From the NCBI RefSeq assembly GCF_044324875.1, contig NZ_CP172185.1: 64,000 nt of DNA; one strand, given 5' to 3'. A program made the position numbers and the translations under genes. The stretch comes from Escherichia coli (GTDB lineage: Bacteria > Pseudomonadota > Gammaproteobacteria > Enterobacterales > Enterobacteriaceae). This document shows, piece after piece, positions 1-11,299 of the stretch. The stretch's first letter is position 1; each line of letters opens with the position of its first letter. The notes under the pieces were generated by a model. It did no database searches. It was not told the DNA's origin and was given only the letters and a program-made list of their open reading frames with translations.

Positions 1-1346
1 CGTTTTTCGATACGTTCAGGCAGTTGTGCTGCAATTTGCGGCGTCGAATCGACTAGAATGATGCAGAATTCATCGCCACCGAGTCGGATGGCATAATCAC
101 TTTTACGAATCGACTGTTTAATCGCCTGAGCTAATAACGTAATCGCTAAATCCCCCTCCTGATGACCGAGGGTGTCATTTATTTGCTTTAACTTGTCCAT
201 GTCAATTGCAATAAACATCACCGAAGAACCGGATTGCACCAGTTTTTGCAACCGCTGCTCCAGTTCAGGGGTTAAAATTTTGCGATTATACAGTCCTGTC
301 ATCGCATCACTAATATTTTCTCGCGACACATTTTGGTATAAACGGAAGTGCATCCGCACCATATTCAGCAAAATTAACGCCGTCAAAATCCAGAACAGAA
401 CGCTTTTCCACGAAGACGTGATAAAGTAAAGAATATCAATGGATAACGAGACACGAATACCGCCCGGTAAGTCATGGACGTAACTGACATACTGGAACAG
501 ATTATCTTCGCTCTGGTTGATGATAATGTCGCGCCCCGAATCGGTATCGGTTAGCGTGACATTGAGAAAACGCCAGAGGAGAGGGCGGTCATGAGTGTAA
601 AAGATATTCCGCAGATTGTTTTTGTTAATATCCAGCAGCACAATCCCTTTTAGCTGCCCTGCGACATATACCGGCGTCAGCAAACTCATCACGTTCTGTT
701 TAGTACGCTGATCCTGGTAAATGCTCGATAAAACGGTACGCCCGGTAAATACCTTTTCAATATCTTTGCGATCGATGCCAATACTTCCTGACTGCAGGAA
801 AGACCAGTTATTCATCGCAAAGTATTCAACATTAACCGGCTCATAAAAATAGACATAGCGGTCATTGAGATCGAGATAATAGTGAAATTTCTCTTCGGCC
901 ATCCCAAGACCTGAACCGTAATCATCCTGGTGGCGGTTGCCTTCCACTGCCTGATCAAAAGCGGGTAATAGTGCTGCAGCTTCCACAATTGTGTCGCAGT
1001 CAGTGGATGCGGTTTGTAGTGTGCCGCGTAAGCCAGGGTATTTATGGGCAGTCAGGTTTAAGCCATGGGTATTATTGGCAGACTCAAAAGCCTCGCAGAT
1101 GGCGCGCCGCTGTTCTGGCGACACTTCCGACTGCTCAGCAGCGAGAGCGCGCATCACATGCGCGGCAATACTCTGATTCTGATACTTATCATAAAGAAAG
1201 GAGGAGTCTGCTCTCTGCACGATATAGCGCAGATAGGCACTCATTGCTCTGTCACTGGCGACAAGTTCAAAAATAAGGAAGGAAGATGTCAGCACAATGA
1301 CACTTGCGGCGATAAAATGCCGGAGCATTCTATGGTGCAATTTCAT
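1..1346 (-). CDS. dgcJ: Diguanylate cyclase DgcJ/YeaJ, partial (C-terminal end runs off the window start)
   Basis: Minus-strand frame starts at ATG 1344-1346 (MKLHHRMLRHF...) and stays open to position 1; GGDEF motif (RLGGDEF) is encoded near the window start; synteny next to yeaI. Not in the ORF track because it is open-ended. Confidence 0.85.
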   Translation of the reverse strand, partial: MKLHHRMLRHFIAASVIVLTSSFLIFELVASDRAMSAYLRYIVQRADSSFLYDKYQNQSIAAHVMRALAAEQSEVSPEQRRAICEAFESANNTHGLNLTAHKYPGLRGTLQTASTDCDTIVEAAALLPAFDQAVEGNRHQDDYGSGLGMAEEKFHYYLDLNDRYVYFYEPVNVEYFAMNNWSFLQSGSIGIDRKDIEKVFTGRTVLSSIYQDQRTKQNVMSLLTPVYVAGQLKGIVLLDINKNNLRNIFYTHDRPLLWRFLNVTLTDTDSGRDIIINQSEDNLFQYVSYVHDLPGGIRVSLSIDILYFITSSWKSVLFWILTALILLNMVRMHFRLYQNVSRENISDAMTGLYNRKILTPELEQRLQKLVQSGSSVMFIAIDMDKLKQINDTLGHQEGDLAITLLAQAIKQSIRKSDYAIRLGGDEFCIILVDSTPQIAAQLPERIEK

Positions 1347-1526
1347 GATAAATGGCACTCCTTCGGTTAGTGAAACGAGAAAACCAGATAAAGTTCGATT
1401 GCGGCCTGGCACAGGGGCGCTAATTATACTCATCTCTGCGCCGCTGGGGAGGGGAAATTTAGGGGTAATAGTAATAAATTGTATGCAAAAGCCACGCAAA
1501 AAGCATGGCTCTGAATATTTTTGCAC

Positions 1527-3002
1527 TTAAATATGATGAATAATCACTTTGTTGCCCCCCTCGCTTTTCGCTTCGCGTAAGGCTTTATCTGCTTCCGTCA
1601 TGACAAGCGAGATATTACGTGTGTCACCCGTTGAAAAAACCGTGCCAATACTGATGGTCATTTGCTCAGGAACATCATATCTGTTACTAAAGCCGGTCAG
1701 GAGTTCGACATTTTTACGCATACGTTCCGCAATGATTTTTGCCTGGGCACTATTCAGTTCGGTAAATAGCAAGCCAAACACCTCACCCTCCAGTCGCGCT
1801 AAAATATCATCGGGGCGGATGCTTTGCTGGATAATATCGACAATTGAAACCAGCACTTTATCACCCACACGATGTCCCCATTGGGCATTGATGCGTTTGA
1901 ACTGATTAATATCAACCAGCATGACACAGAAGTCCTTAACAACAGGTCGCGACAATAATGACTCTACGCTGTTGAAAAAGTAGCGCCGATTATAAATATT
2001 GGTCAGCACATCATGAACTGCCAGTTTGCTGGAGAGTTGCAGTTCCTGAAAAATGTTATAAATCAGAAAAGACACAACAAACAGTTTACTGGAGACTTCA
2101 ATCCCGCGACTGATATACCAGATGGTGTAATTATACTCATCCAGAGTTAGTAGAAGTAAGTTGCAGCATAGCGATGCCAGACATAATAATGCTATTAACG
2201 GCCATAGTTCGCTGGCTAATCGTGTACGCATGATAATAAAGAACAGTAAAAATGCCCACAGACAAACCAATATTTTTGTATAGTTGATTCCCCAGGTCGC
2301 AGTATGGTTGTCCGGACAGTAATCGACGACATACAAAGAATAGTCAGCGTTATAACTGCTCAGATTGTGTGCCAGAAGGGGAAAAACTAAAAAAGGAATC
2401 AGCGCCAGTAACAGAATGCCAGTTTTTTTCTTATTGTTGTCAAGGATGTTGTCTTTCCCATAACAAAAGAGCGCCAGCGAGGTTAAACAAATGAAACTGA
2501 GTTGGCGGAAAATATAGAAAATAGAAACATCATTCGACTTTGTCTGGATCAGTGTACTGCCGTTGATTGGTTTATGGATAATTACAATGGTTTCAACTAA
2601 ATAGATAAGGCCACTTAAAAATGCAAGGCTTAAAATGAGTGTTGGTAAAATTTGTTTGTTAGTGAAATACTTCATTAACATGAAAAGAAAAATGACGGCG
2701 TTAAGGAAAAACAAAGCCACAACAACCATCAGGTAATTCATCTGTGGGATGAGTTTTACATTCGTGTTTTCGTTATATAAGGTAGTAATGCAAAATAAAA
2801 TTAACGTCAGCAATAAGCTGAAAATAAAAAAGCCTTGAGCTTTTAATTTTTGTGTACCCATAGAAGCCATAAAAAGGAGAGCAATGTGAGTGCTGGATTT
2901 TATTGATGGCAGAGATATATAGTTTTGACCAGGATCAATTTTCGTTAACGATAAAAAATATTTAAAGAATAACCCCAGGGAAACACGTGTTGACCGAATC
3001 AT
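1527..3002 (-). CDS. cdgI: c-di-GMP-binding degenerate GGDEF protein CdgI/YeaI
   Basis: 491-aa ORF with N-terminal multi-pass membrane region and C-terminal GGDEF-like domain whose signature reads EGEVF; conserved position between yeaJ and yeaH. Confidence 0.9.
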   Translation of the reverse strand: MIRSTRVSLGLFFKYFLSLTKIDPGQNYISLPSIKSSTHIALLFMASMGTQKLKAQGFFIFSLLLTLILFCITTLYNENTNVKLIPQMNYLMVVVALFFLNAVIFLFMLMKYFTNKQILPTLILSLAFLSGLIYLVETIVIIHKPINGSTLIQTKSNDVSIFYIFRQLSFICLTSLALFCYGKDNILDNNKKKTGILLLALIPFLVFPLLAHNLSSYNADYSLYVVDYCPDNHTATWGINYTKILVCLWAFLLFFIIMRTRLASELWPLIALLCLASLCCNLLLLTLDEYNYTIWYISRGIEVSSKLFVVSFLIYNIFQELQLSSKLAVHDVLTNIYNRRYFFNSVESLLSRPVVKDFCVMLVDINQFKRINAQWGHRVGDKVLVSIVDIIQQSIRPDDILARLEGEVFGLLFTELNSAQAKIIAERMRKNVELLTGFSNRYDVPEQMTISIGTVFSTGDTRNISLVMTEADKALREAKSEGGNKVIIHHI

Positions 3003-3148
3003 TTTTCCGAATGATTGTTTTCTGGAACTAAATTGTGTAAAGGTTATGCTGTCATATTTAAAGCGATTGTAAGCTAATGTATGTAATAAATGAGATAATT
3101 TACAGTGAGCTAAAAATCAGCCAGGCGATAATGACCCGGCTGATAGTT

Positions 3149-4444
<1,296 letters not shown>

Positions 4445-4544
4445 CTACATTTGCCAACTGTATGCTACGCCTGTGTTGCCGCTTCTCTGGCCCACGGTTC
4501 GCTGTCGTTGTAGGCCCGGTAGCATGTGTACCGGGCCAGGGTTG

Positions 4545-6479
4545 TTAAGACGATTTACGTACGCGCAAATACCATTCGCACAGTAAACGCACCTGTTTAC
4601 GGGTGTAGCCTTTTTCCATCATACGGTCGACAAAATCGTCGTGTTTCTTCTGCTCGTCGGTTGACGTTTTGGCGTTAAACGAAATAACCGGCAACAGCTC
4701 CTCGGTATTGGAGAACATTTTCTTCTCAATAACCGTGCGCAGTTTTTCATAGCTGGTCCAGTTAGGATTGCGTCCGCTGTTATTCGCTCTGGCGCGCAGT
4801 ACGAAGTTAACAATCTCGTTGCGGAAATCTTTTGGATTACTGATCCCCGCCGGTTTCTCGATTTTCTCCAGCTCGGCGTTAAGAGACTCGCGGTCAAACA
4901 ACTGCCCGGTATCCGGATCGCGATACTCCTGATCCTGAATCCAGAAATCCGCGTAGGTAACATAACGGTCGAAAATGTTTTGCCCATATTCGGAATAGGA
5001 TTCAAGGTAGGCCGTCTGGATCTCTTTGCCGATAAACTCGGCATATTTCGGGATCAGATAACCTTTCAGGAACTCCAGATAGCGTTCTGCCTGCTCTTGC
5101 GGGAACTGCTCGCGCTCGATCTGCTGTTCCAGGACGTAGAACAGATGGACCGGGTTTGCCGCCACTTCTACATGATCGAAGTTGAACACGCGGGAGAGGA
5201 TCTTAAACGCAAAACGCGTCGACAGACCGTTCATCCCTTCATCGACACCGGCGTAGTCACGATATTCCTGATACGACTTGGCTTTGGGATCTGTGTCTTT
5301 CAGACTTTCGCCATCATAAACCCGCATCTTTGAATAAATGCTGGAGTTTTCTGGCTCTTTAAGGCGCGAAAGAATGGAAAAACGTGACAGCGTTTCCAGC
5401 GTGCCAGGGGCGCAGGGGGCGTGAGTCAATTCACTGTGATTAAGCAATTTCTCGTAGATTTTGATCTCTTCGGAAATGCGCAAGCAATACGGCACCTTCA
5501 CGATGTATACACGATCGAGGAAGGCTTCGTTGTTTTTGTTATTACGGAAAGTGACCCATTCGGATTCGTTCGAGTGGGCGAGAATAATCCCGTTGAACGG
5601 CAGGGCGGAGATACCTTCCGTCCCGTTGTAGTTACCTTCCTGAGTGGCGGTTAGCAAGGGATGCAGCACTTTAATCGGTGCTTTAAACATCTCAACGAAT
5701 TCCATGATCCCCTGATTGGCGCGGCACAGCGCACCGGAATAGCCGTAGGCGTCCGGGTCATTCTGCGCGTAGTGTTCGAGTTTACGAATATCGACTTTCC
5801 CAACCAGCGCGGAGATGTCCTGGTTGTTCTCATCACCGGGTTCCGTTTTGGCGATAGCAATTTGTTGCAGAATTGACGGCCAGACCTTCACTACCCGGAA
5901 CTTAGTGATATCGCCACCAAATTCATGCAGGCGTTTTGCCGCCCACGGCGACATGATGGTGCCGAGATAACGGCGAGGAATGCCATACTCTTTTTCCAGA
6001 ATCTGCGCATCTTCCTGCGGATTGAAAAGACAGAACGGATGATCGTTGACCGGGCTACGCTCACCGTTGGCGCTCAATACATAAATCGGTACGAGCTGCA
6101 TTAATGATTTCAGTCGCTCAGCAAGCGATGATTTACCCCCACCCACAGGCCCCAGCAGATACAGGATTTGTTTCTTCTCTTCCAGCCCCTGAGCCGCGTG
6201 TTTCAGATAAGAGACAATCTGTTCAATCGCGTCTTCCATGCCGTAAAACTCTTCAAATGCCGGATAACGTGCAATGACCCGGTTAGAAAAGAGTCGAGAA
6301 AGTCTGGGTTCCTGGGCTGTATCGACCATGACAGGCTCACCGATAGCCATCAATAGCCGCTCAGCCGCGTTGGCATAAGCACTGCGATCTTGCCGACAAG
6401 TGGTAAGAAACTCCTGCAGTGTGAACTCTTCGTCCTTGGCAGCTTCATATCGCTGGCGATAGTGATCGAATATATTCAT
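4545..6479 (-). CDS. yeaG: PrkA-family serine protein kinase YeaG
   Basis: 644-aa ORF with Walker-A-like GPVGGGKSS motif; recognised YeaG sequence. Confidence 0.92.
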   Translation of the reverse strand: MNIFDHYRQRYEAAKDEEFTLQEFLTTCRQDRSAYANAAERLLMAIGEPVMVDTAQEPRLSRLFSNRVIARYPAFEEFYGMEDAIEQIVSYLKHAAQGLEEKKQILYLLGPVGGGKSSLAERLKSLMQLVPIYVLSANGERSPVNDHPFCLFNPQEDAQILEKEYGIPRRYLGTIMSPWAAKRLHEFGGDITKFRVVKVWPSILQQIAIAKTEPGDENNQDISALVGKVDIRKLEHYAQNDPDAYGYSGALCRANQGIMEFVEMFKAPIKVLHPLLTATQEGNYNGTEGISALPFNGIILAHSNESEWVTFRNNKNNEAFLDRVYIVKVPYCLRISEEIKIYEKLLNHSELTHAPCAPGTLETLSRFSILSRLKEPENSSIYSKMRVYDGESLKDTDPKAKSYQEYRDYAGVDEGMNGLSTRFAFKILSRVFNFDHVEVAANPVHLFYVLEQQIEREQFPQEQAERYLEFLKGYLIPKYAEFIGKEIQTAYLESYSEYGQNIFDRYVTYADFWIQDQEYRDPDTGQLFDRESLNAELEKIEKPAGISNPKDFRNEIVNFVLRARANNSGRNPNWTSYEKLRTVIEKKMFSNTEELLPVISFNAKTSTDEQKKHDDFVDRMMEKGYTRKQVRLLCEWYLRVRKSS

Positions 6480-6914
6480 GGTATGCCGTCCTTTCGTTTT
6501 TTAGCACAGGTTAAGAGCCGTTCATATGAATAGTAGAGGCTCCCGGAAGAGGTAAACTGAACGACGTCTCTTGCTAAAACACAGCAACTCTCATGCCATT
6601 TTATCGACGATGAGAACAACGTGCCCGGTGATACACCTTCAAAATTAAGCGTAGATGGCAAATGGAAAACTTGCCTGCACGGCTTTCTTAATTTCAATGG
6701 CATATCAACAACTCATCCATAAATTTTGCATAATTAATGTAAAGACCAGGGTCGCCAGTAACGCTAAATTCATTTGGCTGTAAGCGCGGTGTCATCCGCG
6801 TCAGGAAAATTAAACAGTTACTTTAAAAAATGAAAACGTAAAAAGGTTGGGTTTCGATGTATTGACGGGTAAACTTTGTCGCCCGCTAAACATTTGTTTA
6901 AGGAATGATTAATT

Positions 6915-7661
6915 GTGACCAAACTCAAACTTCTGGCACTTGGAGTGCTTATCGCAACGTCTGCAGGCGTAGCGCACGCTGAAGGTAAATTTTCCCTGGG
7001 CGCAGGCGTAGGTGTCGTTGAACACCCATATAAAGATTACGATACCGATGTTTACCCAGTACCGGTAATCAACTATGAAGGCGATAACTTCTGGTTCCGT
7101 GGCTTAGGTGGTGGTTACTACCTGTGGAATGACGCAACGGACAAACTTTCAATTACCGCTTACTGGTCGCCGCTTTACTTCAAAGCTAAAGACAGTGGCG
7201 ATCACCAAATGCGTCACCTGGATGACCGTAAGAGCACCATGATGGCTGGTCTGTCTTATGCTCACTTTACCCAGTACGGTTACCTGCGTACCACCCTGGC
7301 TGGCGATACCCTGGATAACAGCAACGGCATTGTCTGGGATATGGCCTGGTTGTATCGTTACACCAACGGCGGCCTGACCGTGACTCCGGGTATTGGTGTG
7401 CAGTGGAACAGCGAAAACCAGAACGAATACTATTATGGCGTATCGCGCAAAGAGTCCGCTCGCAGCGGTCTGCGTGGCTATAACCCGAACGACAGCTGGA
7501 GCCCTTACCTGGAGCTGAGCGCCAGCTACAACTTCCTCGGCGACTGGAGTGTTTACGGTACCGCGCGCTACACCCGTCTGTCTGATGAAGTTACTGACAG
7601 CCCGATGGTGGATAAATCCTGGACTGGCCTGATTTCTACCGGGATCACCTACAAATTCTGA
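6915..7661 (+). CDS. mipA: MltA-interacting outer membrane protein MipA
   Basis: 248-aa ORF with signal peptide (MTKLKLLALGVLIATSAGVAHA), beta-barrel-like composition and C-terminal Phe; GTG start. Confidence 0.92.
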   Translation: MTKLKLLALGVLIATSAGVAHAEGKFSLGAGVGVVEHPYKDYDTDVYPVPVINYEGDNFWFRGLGGGYYLWNDATDKLSITAYWSPLYFKAKDSGDHQMRHLDDRKSTMMAGLSYAHFTQYGYLRTTLAGDTLDNSNGIVWDMAWLYRYTNGGLTVTPGIGVQWNSENQNEYYYGVSRKESARSGLRGYNPNDSWSPYLELSASYNFLGDWSVYGTARYTRLSDEVTDSPMVDKSWTGLISTGITYKF

Positions 7662-7692
7662 TAATGCATCTTTCCAGGGCATTTTGTGCATA

Positions 7693-7718
7693 AAAACAGG
7701 GCGTCACGCCCTGTTTTG
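7693..7718 (+). terminator. Rho-independent terminator downstream of mipA
   Basis: GC stem acagggcg/cgccctgt with 3-nt loop followed by TTTTG, about 30 bp after the mipA stop. Confidence 0.5.
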
Positions 7719-7750
7719 CATTACGGTGGTGCAATACCTGGGAGGAAACA

Positions 7751-8039
7751 ATGCAACAAAAAATGATTCAATTTAGTGGCGATGTCTCACTGCCAGCCAT
7801 AGGGCAGGGAACATGGTATATGGGCGAAGATGCCAGTCAGCGCAAAACAGAAGTAGCTGCACTACGCGCGGGCATTGAACTCGGTTTAACCCTCATTGAT
7901 ACCGCCGAAATGTATGCCGATGGTGGTGCCGAAAAGGTGGTTGGGGAAGCATTAACCGGTCTGCGAGAGAAGGTCTTTCTCGTCTCTAAAGTCTATCCGT
8001 GGAATGCTGGCGGGCAAAAAGCGATAAATGCATGCGAAG
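7751..8039 (+). pseudogene. yeaE: yeaE (aldo-keto reductase) 5' fragment, interrupted by IS insertion
   Basis: N-terminal 96 codons of YeaE (MQQKMIQFSGDVSLPAIGQGTWYMG...AINACE), then the frame runs into IS sequence and stops at 8056. Confidence 0.85.
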
Positions 8040-8241
8040 TGCAAAATGGCATCTGAATCGATCGCAGTTTGGCATTCGAATCGATCATGATTTGGCATCC
8101 ATCTCCGATCACAGTTTGGCATCACAATCGATCACGATTTGGCATGCTTCCGATCATTGATTGGCATCCTGCCAGTCACTCCGGGAATTAACTCTTTTCA
8201 CCACAGTCTCCATTGCCGTGTTTAAACCAGTGGAGACGTCA

Positions 8242-9807
8242 ATGTCCAGAAAGAGAAAATCCAGGAGCACTATGGAAACCTGTTTTAAGATCCTTCAGCT
8301 CAAGTTCGACAAGAAGCTGACTAACCGTTGTATCGGACTGACGTTACACATCAGCGCCTCAACCGTTTTTGAGGTTCTTGCCCGCTTCAAAGCCTCTTCT
8401 CTGTCATGGCCATTACCTGCTGATATATCCCATGACACGCTGGAGAAACTCATTTTTCCGCCCAAAGACACCTTTGCATCAGAGCTTGTAATGCCTGACA
8501 TGTTGTACTTCGATACGGAAATGAGAAAACCAGGTGTGACGCGGCAACTGTTGTGGATGGAATACAAGGCACAGGCGGGTAACAAAGCGATGGGATACTC
8601 GCACTTCTGCCGTTGCTACCGGGAGTGGAAAAAAACGCGACGTCTCTCCATGCGCCAGGAGCATCGTGCCGGCGAAAAGCTTTTTATCGACTTCTGTGGT
8701 CCTACGGTTCCTGTTATTAATCCGGACACCGGTGAGATACGCCGCGTGGCAATCTTCGTGGCCGTAATGGGGGCGTCCAACTATACCTACGTTGAAGCGT
8801 GCGAAGGTCAGGACATGATGTCATGGTTAAATGCCCACAGCCGTTGCCTGACCTTCCTGGGCGGCGTACCGAAGCTGCTCATCCCCGATAACCTCAGAAG
8901 CGCAGTGAAAAAGGCCGATCGATATGAGCCTGTCATCAACGACAGTTATCAGGCACTGGCTGAGCACTATGGCACGGTTATCATCCCGGCCCGACCACGC
9001 AAACCTAAAGATAAACCAAAAGCAGAAAACGGCGTCCTCATCGTTGAACGATGGCTTCTTGCCCGCATCCGTAATGAAACCTTCCACACGCTCAGGGCGC
9101 TGAATGCGCGCCTTAGGGAGTTACTGACAGACATGAATAACCGGCCAATGAAGGGGTACGGCAATCAAACCCGTGCAGAACGCTTCCGCATACTGGATGC
9201 GCCAGCACTCTCTCCGCTGCCTCTGGCACCTTATGAATACACGGAATACAAAGCTGTGAAGGTTGGCCCTGACTACCACGTTGAATATGCCCGTCACTGG
9301 TACTCCGTTCCACACGAACTGGTCGGTCAGCGTCTGTCACTGAAGGCGGGGCAGTCGGTGGTACAGCTCTGGCACAAGGGGCAGTGTGTGGCGCAACATC
9401 CGCGCAGCACACATGAATATAAACACACAACCAATCCGCTTCACATGCCAGAGCGCCACCGGCAGCACGGGACATGGACACCGGAACGCCTGATCGAGCA
9501 GGGAAAACGTACGGGCCCGTCCACAGGCCGGGTGGTTGAATCCATGCTGAAGGCAAAACCCCATCCGGAACTGGCTTATCGTGCAGTTCTGGGGCTGCTG
9601 GCACTTCAGAAAAAATACGGCCCGGAACGGCTGGAAAAGGCCTGTTACGTTGCCCTGCACTATAACGCCCCTGACAGACGCTTTATCGACAATCTGCTGC
9701 GTCACCATCGGGAGAACCTGGAGCTTCCATTATCCCGCCAGGGCGAACAACATCCGGCATATGCTTCAGAGCATGAAAACCTGCGTGGTCCGGGCTACTA
9801 CCACTGA
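8242..9807 (+). CDS. istA: IS21-family transposase IstA
   Basis: About 520-aa ORF with N-terminal HTH and DDE-type catalytic core typical of IstA; RBS GGAG upstream of ATG 8242; followed by istB. Confidence 0.85.
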   Translation: MSRKRKSRSTMETCFKILQLKFDKKLTNRCIGLTLHISASTVFEVLARFKASSLSWPLPADISHDTLEKLIFPPKDTFASELVMPDMLYFDTEMRKPGVTRQLLWMEYKAQAGNKAMGYSHFCRCYREWKKTRRLSMRQEHRAGEKLFIDFCGPTVPVINPDTGEIRRVAIFVAVMGASNYTYVEACEGQDMMSWLNAHSRCLTFLGGVPKLLIPDNLRSAVKKADRYEPVINDSYQALAEHYGTVIIPARPRKPKDKPKAENGVLIVERWLLARIRNETFHTLRALNARLRELLTDMNNRPMKGYGNQTRAERFRILDAPALSPLPLAPYEYTEYKAVKVGPDYHVEYARHWYSVPHELVGQRLSLKAGQSVVQLWHKGQCVAQHPRSTHEYKHTTNPLHMPERHRQHGTWTPERLIEQGKRTGPSTGRVVESMLKAKPHPELAYRAVLGLLALQKKYGPERLEKACYVALHYNAPDRRFIDNLLRHHRENLELPLSRQGEQHPAYASEHENLRGPGYYH

Positions 9808-9824
9808 CAGAAGGAACAACAGTA

Positions 9825-10579
9825 TGAGTGATAACCTGTTAAACAAACTGACCCAACTGAAACTCCCGGCGATGGCCGGGAGCCTGATACGGCAGCGGGA
9901 AACGCCTCAGACCTACGACGAACTGTCGTTCGAGGAAAGGCTGACGCTGCTGGTTGATGACGAGCTTCTGAGCAGGGAAAACAGCCGTGTGGCACGGTTG
10001 AGAAAAAATGCCGGCCTGAAATACCAGGCAACACCGGAAGGGCTGCGCTATCCGGCCTCAAGAGGTCTGCGGGCTGAACAGATGAGAGAACTGCTGAACG
10101 GCCACTACATAACCCACAGGAAAAACCTGCTGATAACCGGTCCGACAGGATGTGGCAAGAGCTGGATAGCCAATGCGCTGGGCGAACAGGCATGTCGACA
10201 GAAACACAGCGTCCGGTACTGTAGAACCGGGCGATTACTGGAACAACTGGCTCAGGGACGTGTTGATGGCAGCTGGCTGAAATATCTGAAACAGTTGCAA
10301 AAAATACAGGTTCTAATCCTGGACGATCTGGGGCTGGAACAGTTAAGTAACGCCCAGTGTAATGACCTTCTGGAGCTCATAGAGGATCGTTACGGACAAA
10401 GCAGCACGATAGTGGTAAGCCAGTTCCCGGTAGATAAATGGCATGGTCTGATGGAGAACCCAACAACAGCAGATGCCATCCTGGACAGACTGGTACATAA
10501 CTCACACCGAGTGGTCCTTCAGGGAGAGTCACTGAGGAAAAATCCCCCGGTAGTGGAAAGCAGCGAAAAAACGCGTTAA
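9825..10579 (+). CDS. istB: IS21-family ATP-binding helper IstB
   Basis: 251 aa from MSDNLLNKLTQLKLPAMAG...; Walker A GPTGCGKSW and Walker B ILDDLG; starts 15 bp after the istA stop. Confidence 0.88.
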
Positions 10580-10678
10580 AAAGCGGTAGAAAAAGTTAAG
10601 TTCCCGGTTGATCGAATGGATGCGAATCGCTGATCGGACTTCGATGCCAATCCGTGATCGAATAGAGCGGAATACGCA

Positions 10679-11249
10679 CGAAGCCAGTTTACGCCGTCTC
10701 AATACTGATTATCTCGATCTCTACTTATTACACTGGTCTGGCAGTTTCGCTCTCGAAGAGACTGTCGCAGCGATGGAAAAATTGATCGCCCAGGGCAAAA
10801 TCCGCCGCTGGGGCGTTTCTAACCTTGATTATGCCGATATGCAGGAACTCTGGCAGCTGCCGGGGGGGAATCAGTGTGCCACTAATCAGGTGCTTTACCA
10901 TCTCGGTTCACGAGGGATTGAGTACGATCTACTTCCCTGGTGCCAGAAACAGCAGATGCCGGTGATGGCTTACAGTCCGTTAGCTCAGGCCGGGCGGTTG
11001 CGCAATGGGCTGCTAAAAAACGCAGTAGTCAACGAAATTGCACATGCTCACAATATCAGCGCGGCACAAGTATTGTTAGCGTGGGTAATCAGCCATCAGG
11101 GTGTGATGGCGATTCCAAAAGCGGCCACGATTGCCCATGTCCAACAAAATGCGGCTGTGCTTGAGGTTGAATTTTCGTCAGCGGAATTAGCTATGCTGGA
11201 TAAGGCATATCCGGCACCAAAAGGAAAAACTGCGCTGGATATGGTGTGA
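10679..11249 (+). pseudogene. yeaE: yeaE 3' fragment (aldo-keto reductase C-terminal part)
   Basis: Frame resumes exactly at the target duplication with ASLRRLNTDYLDLYLLHW... through the YeaE C-terminus. Confidence 0.85.
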
Positions 11250-11299
11250 TATTGATACGTGCCGGATGCATCGCACCCGGCACACAACATTAACGCAAA

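Larger units (their letters stand above)
8040..10678 (+). mobile_element. IS21-family insertion sequence (istA-istB), about 2.64 kb, flanked by 5-bp target duplication CGAAG
   Basis: Ends begin TGCAAAATGGCATC (left) and the reverse complement TGCGTATTCCGC...GATTGGCATC (right); both termini carry several TTTGGCAT-type sub-repeats; CGAAG at 8035-8039 and 10679-10683; removing the element and one CGAAG copy restores the yeaE frame. Confidence 0.85.

Noticed and set aside
971-1530. Several 60-100-aa plus-strand ORFs at 971-1530
   Set aside because: They overlap the 5' end of dgcJ/yeaJ on the opposite strand or lie in its promoter region, and have no start signals or recognisable features.
8040-8160. 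Short spaced repeats resembling a mini repeat array
   Set aside because: Considered as a CRISPR-like array but the repeats are 9-10 bp, imperfect, and mirrored at the other IS end; they are IS21-family terminal transposase-binding repeats. No CRISPR array was found anywhere in the window.
9113-9708. Minus-strand ORFs of 123-163 aa inside the IS21-family element
   Set aside because: Antisense to istA; no similarity to anything recognisable; IS coding assignments are clear on the plus strand.
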